Below, in pieces: positions 33,868 to 58,432 of a DNA stretch of 64,000 nucleotides. The DNA lies in NCBI RefSeq assembly GCF_009914755.1, contig NC_060926.1. One strand, 5' to 3'. The position numbers were made by a program, and so were the translations under genes. The stretch is from the human T2T-CHM13v2.0 reference genome, Homo sapiens. The first letter of the stretch is position 1, and each line of letters starts with the position of its first letter. The notes beneath the pieces were generated by a model, which did not search any database, had not been told where the DNA came from, and saw only the letters and a program-made list of their open reading frames with translations.

Positions 33868-35803
33868 CTACAATGATAATATAAGTCTATACAAGTTTAC
33901 AATCAATATGCAGTTTTTGTTTATACTACATGTGTCCATAATTTTCGAATATGTATTTAAAATTTGCATTATAATGTGTAATAAACATATCTTTGTTGTT
34001 CTGTATTCTTTTAAGCAGGCTTTTCAAATGAGAATTTCTAAAATATGAGTCACATACCCCACTGATGCCTTAAAATTGTTGACTTTCAAAGAGAAAAAGC
34101 ATTCCAAAGAAAGAATTAACATATAAACTCTGATTATGAGACAATTTAGAATTGTCTGATTCTTCAGATGATAAATAACATGCAAAATTTAATCTCTGAT
34201 AAACATTAGGATGTTCTCCACTCTTCTGTTTACATGAGGAGAAATGTTCCCTAAATACTTCTGGCATTTTGTCCTACCATTTTCTGCTCCCTGAAAAGGA
34301 AAGTGACATACCTGGTAATTGCCATTTGACTGATGCATGTTTCCTAATTGGGTTGTACTAATCTAGCAAAAATCTTGAGCTAAAGGATTGTCTTGCTCCT
34401 TCCCTCTCCACTTGGACAAGCCCATGTGGAATTAAGCAGCCTGGATAGGTGTGCCTGATCAGCTCACTCAAACATTCTTTCCAGTGGGCTGTTCCAAGGT
34501 CTAGATGTGAAGGAAAGTTGAGTCTTTCAATTTAGCTTTTAACAGTAATGAAAATACTTGTTCCCCATCTACGAACTATTTTTCTGTTTATCACGTGGCT
34601 CTAGATTTGAATAGGGAAAAAGGGTATTATTACTGGGTCCCTCAGAGACCACTGACAATAAAAGAATACTGTTAGTAACACTAGAGTTACTAATCTCTTT
34701 ACCTGTATTGCCTTGGAAATGCCACCTCTACTTAATTTACAAGATTGTTGAAAGGATAAACTATTAATTTAAAGAGATTCATAAGTTCAAGGTACTACTA
34801 TGATGATATAATTTTTTAATCTTTTTATCCATTTGTTTTAATATAACTCTTAGGGTAAGATTAGGAAACAAATGGGAATTCAAATGGAGAATTACTGCAA
34901 ATGCTACCTCAATAAATTTATATTTAGCTTAAAGTATTTTAAAAATGATATAAATAAAATGGCTTTTGAGAAGCTGGGCCAGGCAAGGTGGCTCATGCCT
35001 GTAATCCCACCACTTTGAGAGGCTGAAGCAGGCAGATCACTTGAGTCCAGGAATTTGAGACCAGACTGGGCAACATGGTGAGATCTCGTCTCCACAAAAA
35101 AATACGAAAATTTGCTGGGTGTGCTGGTATGCACCTGTAGTCCCAGCTACTCAGGAGGCTGGGGCAGGAGGACCACTTGAGCCCGGAAGGTGGATGTTAC
35201 AGTGAACTGTGATCACACCACTGCACTCCAGTATAGGTGACAGAGTGAGACCCTGTCTCAAAAAATAATAGTAATTTTTTGAAACAATAAAATAAAAAGC
35301 TGTATTCTTACAATGCTGCAAGTAGAAAATAGTATTTTAAGAATACTGTTATCAAAATATTACAAAAAGCTTAGGAAATTGGAAAGGAATAAAAATCCAT
35401 AGTCAAATCACCGAGACAACTATTATAGCATTTTGTATGTTTCCTCTGTCCTGTCTAGATCTAAAAAATAGTTGTATACTGTTTTTCTACCTCATACAAG
35501 CTAGCACTTCCCTTTAATATAAAACCTCAAATATATAATCTCATCAAGTAAATATTATATAACTTAAATCATTCTCTGCTGTGGGACATTTAGACTGTTT
35601 TTATTCCTTTGCAATTAGAAATAAAACTGTAATGTTGTGCTTATAATACATTGTCTTTGGTATTTATAATTTTGGTATTAAATTTAAGTTTAGTTTCCTG
35701 GAATACATTGCTAGACATGGGATAGAGGGTCAAAGAAATAAACACACATTACCAAACTGCTTCTTCAGGGGATAGTCAGAGTTGTGTCATACTACTACTG
35801 TAA

Positions 35804-36237
<434 letters not shown>

Positions 36238-36319
36238 TGAACTCCTGACCTCGTGATACACCCGCCTCGGCCTCCCGAAGTGCTGGGTTACAGGTGTGAG
36301 CCACAGCCCCTGGCCTTAA

Positions 36320-36535
<216 letters not shown>

Positions 36536-36620
36536 TGAAATATTAATTTGCTTATTTGTATCATGACTGCTGAAAATATGTTTCTCAGTTTGTGCCCTGC
36601 ATATATTAATTTTGCTTTTA

Positions 36621-36824
<204 letters not shown>

Positions 36825-36852
36825 CTAATACAGTGAAACCCCATCTCTACTA

Positions 36853-37407
<555 letters not shown>

Positions 37408-37660
37408 TCAATCTTATTTTAGTGACTTGTCCTATCATTTATGCTTAGAAATCTTCCCTTCTCTAGAAATCTGAATATTTAGAACCTTTTCTTCTCTCTT
37501 TTCTTAAAGGATTTCAAAACGTTTAGTTATTCACTTTATCTGAACTTTATTTTGGTACTGGAAGGTGGAAAGGACCTAAACCTATTTTGTTTTTTCTCTA
37601 ACAGTTAACCAACTGTTATCATGGAATACAAATTTTCCCCTAATTATTTGGATTGTCTTA

Positions 37661-37873
<213 letters not shown>

Positions 37874-38331
37874 TTAAATTGTTCCAAGTCCTGCTATTTT
37901 GGTTGTGAAGCAAAACTTTCATACCAAGTGTTACGTCATTTCATTTATAAACTATCCCACTTTTGGTTATAAAAACAAAACAGATTTTAAATATTATGTT
38001 TACAAATGTTTCTTCACATAAATTGGTTTTTATTACATGCTGATATTTAGAGTAATCTTTTCAATGCGTTCATGAAAACCTGGGTTATGAACTATGTAGA
38101 GATAGTTTTCCATACAGAAAACCTGACAATTTCTAGACTCCAATTTTAATGACTAGTTATGTTATATTTTGGCTTATTTAAAAGTACTAAAAGGAAACCA
38201 TATTAGAAAAACAAGATAAGCCCATCATGGAACAAAAGATTCAGTATTGTGTCGGATAAGGAAGAAAGAGAAATATTCAAAGTTTCTAAACATTAGGAAG
38301 AATTCATACAATTTTATATTCCACCTACTTA

Positions 38332-38466
<135 letters not shown>

Positions 38467-39630
38467 TTAACATGTGATTTCCAGATTCATCAAATAAAAT
38501 AGTTTTTGTTTTCCTAAATTCATTTATTCAATTTATTCATTCCTCAAGTATATATTGAGTGCCTGTTATATACCAGTCATCGTTCTGGGCCTAGGCATAC
38601 AGTTGTGAACAGGTGAAAGATAAAAAATAAAAAATAAAAATCCGAAATCTGTGCTCTCATAAAGCACTCATTCTAGTGGACTGCCCATAAAAGCAACTTT
38701 TCTGAAATAGCTAATCATCTCTTTCGCAATCATCCTTCTTTCTCTTCACACACATACACACAAAAATGTCTAACTTTTACTCACCCCAAATTGTATCAGG
38801 GTGAATTACTGGGAAGTATAGAGATCTCAAAACAAAAGGACATTTCAAAATACTGTTGTCTGTGAGGCCATTTTTAAACAAAGAACTATAAACAACTCCC
38901 TAACATCCATTCAATCTCATTAAGTGATGCTTCCAAAAAAGTTATGCTTGATAATGATCAACAGTTGTAATATACTACATTATTTAATCAATTAATTTAG
39001 TAAGATAATTATAATAGTGAGTCCAGAAGAAATCTTTCAGTGTTTAGTGCCTTATGGTCTTGGGAAATTTTTTTTTAATTGTTTATATATTTTTTATAGC
39101 AGAGACATACAATAAAAGACCTGCAATTTAAAAATAGCATTATATGGCCAGGCGTGGTGGCTCACGCCTGTAATCCCAGCACTTTGGGAGGCTGAGGCAG
39201 GCGGATCACGAGGTCAGGAGATCAAGACCATCCTGGCTAACACGGTGAAACCCCGTCTCTACTAAAAATACAAAAAAAAAAAATTAGCCGGGCATGGTGG
39301 CGGGTGCCTGTAGTCCCAGCTACGAGAATGGCGTGAACCTGGGAAGTGGAGCTTGCAGTGAGCCGAGATCACGCCACTTCACTCCAGCCTGGGTGACAGA
39401 GTGAGACTCTGTCTCAAAAATAAATAAATAAATAAATAAAAATAGCATTATATTAAGATAAAACCATGTGGGGAAAGGGGAATGGAAATTTCTTCTTCAA
39501 TTTCAAGGAGAAAAAGGAATAAATGTAATGTTAGACCATTAAAGAAAAGTTTCTTCATTTATTCCTCAAATGGATGATGGTGAGTATCACACCACTATGG
39601 TATTTACATTACATATATTTAAAACAGTGA

Positions 39631-39861
<231 letters not shown>

Positions 39862-40151
39862 TAGTAGAGATGGGGTTTCACTATGTTGGCCAGGCTGGTC
39901 TCAAACCCCTGACCTCAGGTGATCTGCCCACCTTGGACTCCCAAAGTGCTGGGATTAGAGGCATGAGCCACCGCGCCTGGCCTAGAAATTATATCATTTC
40001 TACCTATTTAAGATAGGATGAAAATTTTTTAATGTCAACTTAACAATGTACAAGGAGTACATACATAGTTTTTCAAAATTCTGTAGAGGATATATGAACA
40101 AAAGAACAAAAGTTTGAGGACCACTAAACTCCGCCATCATTTTTGTTATTA

Positions 40152-40421
<270 letters not shown>

Positions 40422-40776
40422 CTAGCCTGGGTGACAAAGGAAGACTCTCTCAAAAAAAAAAAAAAAGAAAGAAAAAAATTCTATTGAAGGCCACAATAAT
40501 GTTGCCAATAAGAGAACAAGCAGTTTTCTTTTAATGAACCAAAAGTAATGAATTATAAATAAGTTTATCTGCAGATAGGGAGTAAGTGCTTAAGTAGCAT
40601 CTAAATTAGAGACAAGAATTTTGTTAATCATGGTATTACAGTTAAGAGAAACATATTTTTAAGTAATCTATAAAATCAAAGTAACAGCTAATTTAGATGG
40701 GCAAAATTAATAAGTTTTGTTATAAGCAGGATCTCTTCCCAGTAACAAAATAGCATGTGACCTTGAGCAAAGCACT

Positions 40777-41326
40777 TGTGGTGGACAGACTCTTGGAGAG
40801 CCATGATCCCTATGATCTTTCTGGTATTCACACTGTGTCATGCCCTTCCCCTTCAGCACGGGTGGGATCTACAGCTTGCTTCTAACCAGCAGAATAAGGC
40901 AAAGGTGATGGGATTCCATGATTATGTGTACGTGAGTACGTTACATAAGGTAACAGGTCTTGCTGGAGTCTCACTCCTCCCACGTTGAAGAAGCAAGCTG
41001 CCATGTTGTAGGTTGCCTGTGTTGGGAGGCCAATATGACAAGGAGCAAAGGATGGCTTCCAGCACACAGCTACAAAAAACTGAAGCCCTCAGTCCTACAG
41101 CCACAGGAACTCAATTCTGCCAACAAAACTTCTGAGCCTCAGATGAGACTGCAACTCCAGCTAACATCTTAACTGCAGTCTTCTAAGATGCTAAGCAGAG
41201 GAGCAGAGGACCCCAGCTAAGCCATCTGGATTCCTGACCCACAAAAACTGTGAAATAATAGATGTGTGATGTTTTACCCTGCTCAATTTGTAGCAATTTA
41301 TTATGCAGTAATAGAAAACTAACACA
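40777..41326 (+). mobile_element. MLT1-type MaLR solo LTR
   Basis: Starts tgtggtgg; contains ccacaggaactcaattctgccaaca and gattcctgacccacaaaaactgtga; ends agaaaactaacaca. Confidence 0.8.
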
Positions 41327-42508
41327 ACATTTAACCTTTTTGGGGGATTGATATCCTCAAGTAAAAATCATTTTGAAAGGCTGAATTCAGAATTCCTTCT
41401 ATAACTGAACTTCTGTGCCTCTAAACATCCATTGTCTCTGAACTAATTTGTATCACTTAAATTTTTCTTTTTTCTTTTTTTTTTTTTTTTTTTTTGAGAC
41501 AAGGTGTCACTCTGTCGCCCAGGCTGGAGTGCAGTGGCGTGATCTCAGATCACTGCAACCCTGCCTACCAGGTTCAAGTGATCCACATGCCTCAGCCTCT
41601 CAAATAGCTGGGATTATAGGCATGCGCTACCACCCAGCTAATTTTTGTATTTTTGTATAGAGACAGGGTTTCACCACGTTGGCCAGGCTGGTCTCAAACT
41701 CCTGACCTCAGGCCTTGGCCTCCCATCATGCTGGGATTACAGGCATGGGCCACTGACCCTGGCCTACATTTTTTCTATGGTAGAAATTTAACGCCAGGTG
41801 TGGTGGCTCATGCCTGTAATCCTAGCACTTTGGAAGGCCAGGGCAGGCAGATCACTTAATCCCAGGAGTTTGTGACCTGCCTGTGCAACATTGTGAAACC
41901 TGGTCTCTTTTAAAAAAAAAAAATAGCCCAGCATGGTGGTGGGCACCTGTAGTCCTAACTACTCAGGAGACTGAGGTGAGAAGATCACTTGAACCTGAGA
42001 GGCAAAGGTTGAATGAGCCAATATGGCACCACTGCACTCCAGTCTGGGTGACAGAACAAGATTTAAGCCTAGGTCTGTCCAAATTATTAGAAATTATGAT
42101 TTAGTAAAGATTATAATCCATGAGATACAGAATATCCACCCCCTACATACAAATGAGACACACACATCATTGGTACTATTGCTAATCACTTTCTCCAACA
42201 CAGAGACAGTTATTTATGAAATGTATGGGAAGAGGTTCATATTCCTTAAGACTTTCCCCATATATAGCACTATTTTTTTTCAAAGATCTCAAAGTGATTT
42301 ACAAAAACTGGCAACCAGGGAATAAGATATATCACTAAACAACCCTAGATTTGGATGTCTTGGTACAACTCCACGTTCAGCTAGAAAATATTTCTTTAAT
42401 GCTGAAAACATTTTCAAGAATGCACGAGGCCAGGCATGGTGGCTCACACCTGTACTCGCAGCACTTTGGAAGGCTGATGTGGCAAGAATGCTTGAGGCCA
42501 GAACTTCA

Positions 42509-42673
<165 letters not shown>

Positions 42674-42889
42674 CTAGGCGACAGAGAGAAATCCTATCTC
42701 ATAAAAAACCAAAACAACAACAACAACAAAAACAGCCTCATGAGGATAAGGACTCCTACAGGAATGCAAGCTCCATGAGTTTTGTTTACTGCTGTAATAC
42801 CAGAAGTTAGAACAGTGCTTGGCTTAGAGAATGTGCTCAATAAATATCTATCAAATAAATATGAAGATTAGTAATAATCACTCTTCTCA

Positions 42890-43072
<183 letters not shown>

Positions 43073-43295
43073 TTATGATTTCTTAATCAAATCAATATAG
43101 CATCTTCCTCAAAGGTTTCCCTGTTTATATTCTCCTTATTACAAATCATAACCCTTGCTGTCATCTTGTCATCTATATTTCCGTTTTTAAAAAATAAATC
43201 AGGCCAGGTGCAGGGGCTCATGCCTGTAATCCCAGCACTTTGGGAGGCCGAAGTGGGTGGATCACAAGGTCAGAAGATCGAGACCATCCTGGCTA

Positions 43296-43495
<200 letters not shown>

Positions 43496-44704
43496 TCAAT
43501 CAATCATGCTTGAACAGATGACTCCCCTATGAATAAGTCTACCATCTTCCTACTGACTTCATAATAAAATCCAAACTTATCACAAGGTCCTTTAAAATCA
43601 AAGTCCTTCTTACAAGGTACTTTAAAATCCACCCTCATCCTTCCTCTCCAGCCTTATTTCTCTCCATTACCAACCACATATACCACACTTTATCAATCTT
43701 CTTACCATTCCAACAATATGCTGTAACCATTCAGAATCCCTTGCTTTAATGCTTGCTGCTCCTTCTTAATAGAATATGCTTTTTTACTTGGGTGATTCCT
43801 GATAAGATTTCAAGTCCTAGATCAAATTTTTACCTTAGCCATAAAGCCCTTCTTAATTCTCTCTGCTAAAGTAAACCAGTCCCTTACCTCTGTAGCTCTA
43901 ACATAGCATTTATCCCACTGAATTGTAATTTTACGCCTCTATGTCTCTTTCACCCGTTTAGTAATAAAGCAACTTTAGAACAGAGATCCTGATTTATTAA
44001 TCTCTATCATTGGTGTCCAGCATGGTGTCTAATACATAATTGTTTAATAAATACTTGTTGAATGAATAAATAAATGCTTTCCTAACATTTATAATGTCTA
44101 AGAAAGTGGCTCCTAAATCTGGATGCACATTAGTTATTTAGAGACCTTTTTAAAAACATACACTTCTATGTCTTAACCCAGTTGACCCACTTAAATCCTC
44201 GGGTAGGAACTAGGGAAGTTGTACCTCTAAAAAGCTTCCCATAGATGAATGGTGAAGGGTTTATGGAAACTCTTTGTACTATTTTAGCAATGTTTTTTGT
44301 AAGTCTGAAGTTATTTCAAAATGAAAAGTTAAAAATCAAGCTGAAAGTCTGATCTGGAAGCAGCCATACTTTCAGATCCCTTCACTTTCTCCATATATCT
44401 AGGTAAAAGAATGGAGATTTATTCTCTGAAAGGATAAAAACTAATTTCTACCTGGGAGCCCTAGCTGTGATGGGGGTGGATGCCAAACTGAAAATAGGAA
44501 GATTAAGTGAAGTGAAATATACCTGCCTAGATATTGCCAGTTTGCCACCAAAATACTAGCAAAAAGATCTCTAGTTAAGATACCAGAAGAGTTGTTTCTA
44601 GGGAATTTGACCACTCTAAGAAGAAAGACTTAAAGATATGGACTTGGGAAATTTTCCAAATGAATGGCCTAGTGGGATCCTATGGTGAAGTTTATAGTCA
44701 GTTA

Positions 44705-44775
44705 CTAAGTTGGTGCAAAACTTTAAAAAAAATTTTTTAAATGGCAAAACCACAATAACTTTTGCACCAATACTA
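44705..44775. mobile_element. MADE1 (Hsmar1-derived miniature inverted-repeat element)
   Basis: TIRs agttggtgcaaaa ... aatggcaaaaccacaataacttttgcaccaa. Confidence 0.85.
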
Positions 44776-44836
44776 GCTCAAATCAGCCATATATTAACAT
44801 GGTCAGAGCTTCTCATTTTTTATTCCCTCTCCCCAC

Positions 44837-52624
<7,788 letters not shown>

Positions 52625-53635
52625 TGTATAATAAATACAGGTGTTTCTCGACCTATGATGGAATTGCATACCAATAAACCCATTGTAAATCGAAAATATC
52701 ATAAGTCAAAAAAGCATTTAATACATCTACCCTACTGAACATCATAGCATAGTCCAGCCTACCTTAAATGTGCTCAGAACACTTACATTAGCCCTACAGC
52801 TGGGCAAAAATCATCTAACACAAAGCCTATTTTATATTTATCATAAAATTGAGTATCTCATGTAATTTACTGAATACTGTACTGAAAGTAAAAATGAGAA
52901 GGTTTACATAGGTACTTGAAGTACAGTTTTTATTGAATGCATATTGCTTTGATACCATTGTAAAGTTGAAAAACCTTAAGTTGAACCATAATAATTCATG
53001 GGCCATCTATAAACTGGCCTTGCCCAAAGAGACATCTGGCCTTTGCTCCTAGGAAGTTAATCTGATAAAGAGTCTTTGTTTAGGGCCGAGACTGGTAACA
53101 CCAGAACTTCAGGCCGGACTGACCACATCTGACTTTCTTAGGTAGGAGTTGGCCATGCCAGAAAGAACTGCCGTGTGATTTAAGGTGGTAGCTCTGGGTC
53201 ACACTGCATCAGTCCACATGGAGGCTGAGATCAACCAAGTAGGCAATCAACCTAATCAATCATGCCTACATAATGATGCCTCAATAAAAAAAACTCTGGA
53301 AACCAGAGCTTAAATGAGCCTCTCCCATTACCAATACTTTGTGTTTACTGTCATGCATTGATGCCAGGAGGGTAATGTATCCTGACTTCAGGGGAAAGGA
53401 CAACAGATGCTTTGTGTTTGAAACCCTTCATATTCTACTATATGTGTCTCTTTTGGCTGATTTTAATCTCTATTCTTTCCCTGTAATAAACCATAACTGT
53501 GAGTATAATGGCTTTCAGTGAATCCTGTGAGTCCTTCTAGCAAATTATCAAACAAGAGTTTGGTTTTGGGAACTCCCAAAACTTTCAATTAGTCAGAAGT
53601 GAGGGCAATTTTGCAACCTGTCCCTCAAACTGTAA
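52625..53635 (+). mobile_element. 3' LTR of the ERVL element (MER77/MER21-like), interrupted by MER47A
   Basis: Starts tgta after a purine-rich tract; contains aaactggccttgcccaaagaga and ctgtaataaaccataactgtgagtataa...tgtgagtccttctagcaaattatcaaac. Confidence 0.7.
52638..53009 (+). mobile_element. MER47A (Tigger-type non-autonomous DNA transposon)
   Basis: ta|cag... terminus; internal tgctcagaacacttacattagcc and tcatctaacacaaagcctatttt; TA TSD. Confidence 0.85.
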
Positions 53636-54417
53636 AATTTCAGGTACGAATCCCATTCTGCAACCAAGAAAGCAAGGTGTACAGAGTAGATAAACTGTCT
53701 GAGGGAAAAATTTCTAAATTGCAGTACTAGAATATGAATCCTGGTTTGACTGACTGCACATCCACTTTTTACACTGCTTTATACAAGATGACCATAACAT
53801 AATACCAAACATTAGACAATGGGTATTTCACAACTATGATGTATTTACCTTTTGGAGTCTTCTCATACCAAACTTGAACTGAAGTAATTATAGTTAACTA
53901 CTAAGTGTAAGTTAATGATTGTTAGCTGAGTGCAGTGGTGCATGCCTGTAATCCCAGCTACTCAGGAATCTAAGGTGGGAGGATCACGTTGAGGCCAGGA
54001 GATCAAGACCAGCCTAGGCAACATAACTAGACTCTGTCTCTAAATAAATAAATAAATGGGCCAGGTGCAGTGGCTCATGCCTATAATCTCAGCACTTTGT
54101 GAGGCTGAGGCAGGAGAAGTGCTTGAGGCCAGGAGTTCGAGACCAGCCTGGACAACATAGCAAGACCTTTTCTCTACAAAAAATAAAAAAAAAATTGGCC
54201 AGGCATGGTGGTGTACACCTGTAGTCCTAGCTACTTGGAAAGCTGAGGTGGGAAGATCACTTAAGCCTGGGAGGTCAAGGCTGCAGTGAGCCATGTTTGT
54301 GGCTACAAACTACATTCCAGCCTGGGTGACAGAGTGAGACTCTGTCATTCATTCATTCATATATATATTCATGCATACATACATACAAGTTGTTACTATA
54401 TACAGTTTTGACCATTA

Positions 54418-54534
<117 letters not shown>

Positions 54535-55032
54535 CTACAAAAATAAGGTACAGTATGAGACAATGTCTCTACCATGAAGTAAAAATCTGTATCATGTAAT
54601 AATATTTAATTTTCTTTTCCATAAAAGGCAGTTTTGGATCATTTATTCTTCTCATTCTTCACGGAAAAGGTTCAGAATCTTTCAACTGTCAATTATATAA
54701 ATTCTATAGCTTCTTTTGGAAATTGCCTGTAAAATATAAAACTAAAAACATTTTTTAAAAGTCATGTAATAAATCTATATTTAAGAGAGTATGAAAAGTT
54801 GCTGAAAAAACTAAAGGTTAAAAATACATCCATTTTAATGTCTATATTCCAGAATGAGTACAACTGCTTATAATTATACAAACAATATTAAAGACTATAA
54901 TCAAATATCTCTCTTTTTTTTTTGAGACAGAGTCTCACTCTGTCTCCCAGGTTGGAGTGCAGTGGCACAATCTTTGCTCACTGAAACCTCCGCCTTTTGG
55001 GTTTGAGTGATTCCTGTGCCTCAGACACCTGA

Positions 55033-55621
<589 letters not shown>

Positions 55622-56395
55622 TCATGATACACACAACTTAATTAAAATCTATTATTCAGAAATATACTGTGCTAAAATGATTCCTGGCTAAATGGGAGAC
55701 ATTCTATTTTAAACACAAAACAAAGTCCCACGGAATTAATTAAGCAAATTAATAGTGCAAAGAGCTATGAGATGGTCAGGATACTGTGTGTTGACAGGAA
55801 AATAGAATACAATTTTTAGACTACTAGTAAAGTTTCTTTAAATGTTATCCTCACGACTTAGTGTAGTGGCAACAAAGGCCACTGCAGACCACAAGTTTGA
55901 TTCATAAGTTTCTTATTGGATTTTACTTAAAGACAGAAAGTAGAAGAAGTTCAGCTCAACAGGTATCATTTACCTACATGATTATCAGTGTTCTCAAATT
56001 CTTCAGCCAAATAAATATAAGCAAAAAAGTATAATGTACTGAACACCTAGAATACAGCAATTAGATTCCTTTAAACTGAAATACAACAATTAGAGTGTCA
56101 ACATTCTTTTAAGTAGTTATTTTCCTAGAATAATAAAGAATAACAAAAACAAATCAATCTAAGGTGATTTCTAAGTAGTATGGAAGACTTTAAAAATTAA
56201 AGAATATTTTTAAGCTTATTATTTAAAAAATTAAAAATAAAAATATTTTAAAAATTAAAGAATTTTTTAAAAATTCATAAAAGACTAATGAGAGTAAAAA
56301 ATGATGGTAGAGTCAGGCGTGGTGGCTCATACCTGTAATCCCAGCACTTTGGGAGGCCTAGGCGGGCGGATCACAAGGTCAGGTGTTCAAGATCA

Positions 56396-56674
<279 letters not shown>

Positions 56675-56807
56675 CTACCTCTCTCGTCACAGCTCAGTCT
56701 TCTAATAACAAACATCCACTTTTAAGAAGCAAATCAGTAAAGATATTTTAGGAATATTTATCTCTGATAAGAAACTGACTTTTTGATTTGTTACTCAATA
56801 TAATTTA

Positions 56808-56918
<111 letters not shown>

Positions 56919-58284
56919 CTATAGTCAAAAAATATACAAAGATAATGAAATAATCACAGATCTACACGAAATAATAATTACTTTCTTAATTTACAGAATA
57001 TATGATTGGCAGTAGGAAGATTTTTCAGAAACAGTAATGTATAAAAACATTACCACCCTAGTTTATCTTTTCTAACTTATTAACAAATTTGTACACTTTG
57101 GTAGTACAGTTATAATCCACAGAATCCACAGAGAGATGGACATTGAGTACAATATTATACTAAATCAAATACAATATGACAGCAAAGACATGAGGCAGGC
57201 AAACGAATCAATTTGATGTTAAATTTACATACAGGATGGGAAGATTACAAGTGATTAGCTCCTTTAGTAAAAACATGGCTATGCTAAACAGATTAAAATT
57301 AAAAGTCTTATCCAAGAGATCCACACTTACGAAAACAAGAAAAACACATTAATTTAATACAGAATGAATTTTTTCCAGCTTTACTGAGGTATAATTGACA
57401 AATGAACATTATATATTTATGGCATAAAACACAATGTTTTAATATATGTATATACTGTGAAATGATTAAAACAATCAAGCTAATTAACACATGCAACACC
57501 TCATAGTTATCCCTTTTTTTTTAAATGGTGAGAACCTTTATGAATGAATCTTGAATAAAAGAAACTCTTACAATCATTCGCAATAAACGAATGACCTGAA
57601 ATAAGCCACATTAATAATTATTGGGCCAGGTGTGGTGGCTGAGGCCTGTAATCCCATCACTTTGGGAGGCCAAGGCAGTCGGATCGCTTCAGCTCAGAAG
57701 TTTGAGACCAGCCTAGGCAACATGGCAAAACCCCATCTCTACAAAAAAATACAAAAATTAGCTGGGCATGGTATCGCAGGCCTGTAGTCCCAGCTACTCA
57801 GGAGGCTGAGGTGGGAGGATCCCTTGAGCCTTGGAGGTGGAAGTTGCAGTGAGCTGAGATCACCCACTGCACTCCAGCATGGGTGACAGAGTGACACCCT
57901 GTCTCAAAAACAAACAAACAAACAAAATGATTATTAGTCTAAGTCATTAAAAATAAATTCCTATTAGGTAATTTTTACTAAGCTACAAGACAGTTCTTGT
58001 GATTTTTTAGAAAACACTTTATTTTCATAAAAAAGACAATGGACAATGGTATCCTTCATTTCTCCATCTCTGGCACCTCCAATATTCCTGTTATAAATAA
58101 ATATGTGCAGTCAGGCGTGGTGGCTCACGCCTGTAATCCTAGCACTTTGGGAGGCTGAGGCGGGTAGATCACCTGAGGTCAGGAGTTTGAGACCAGCCTG
58201 GCCAACAAGATGAAACCCTGTCTCTACTAAAAATACAAAAATTAGCCAGGCATGGTGGCAGACGCCTATAATCCCAGCTACTCA

Positions 58285-58389
<105 letters not shown>

Positions 58390-58396
58390 TCAAAAA

Positions 58397-58432
<36 letters not shown>

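Noticed and set aside
56185-56280. Repeated taaaaattaaagaat units
   Set aside because: Low-complexity AT-rich slippage; no spacer structure.
57564-57584. 7-bp hairpin tcattcg-caataaa-cgaatga
   Set aside because: Stems this short are expected by chance in 64 kb.
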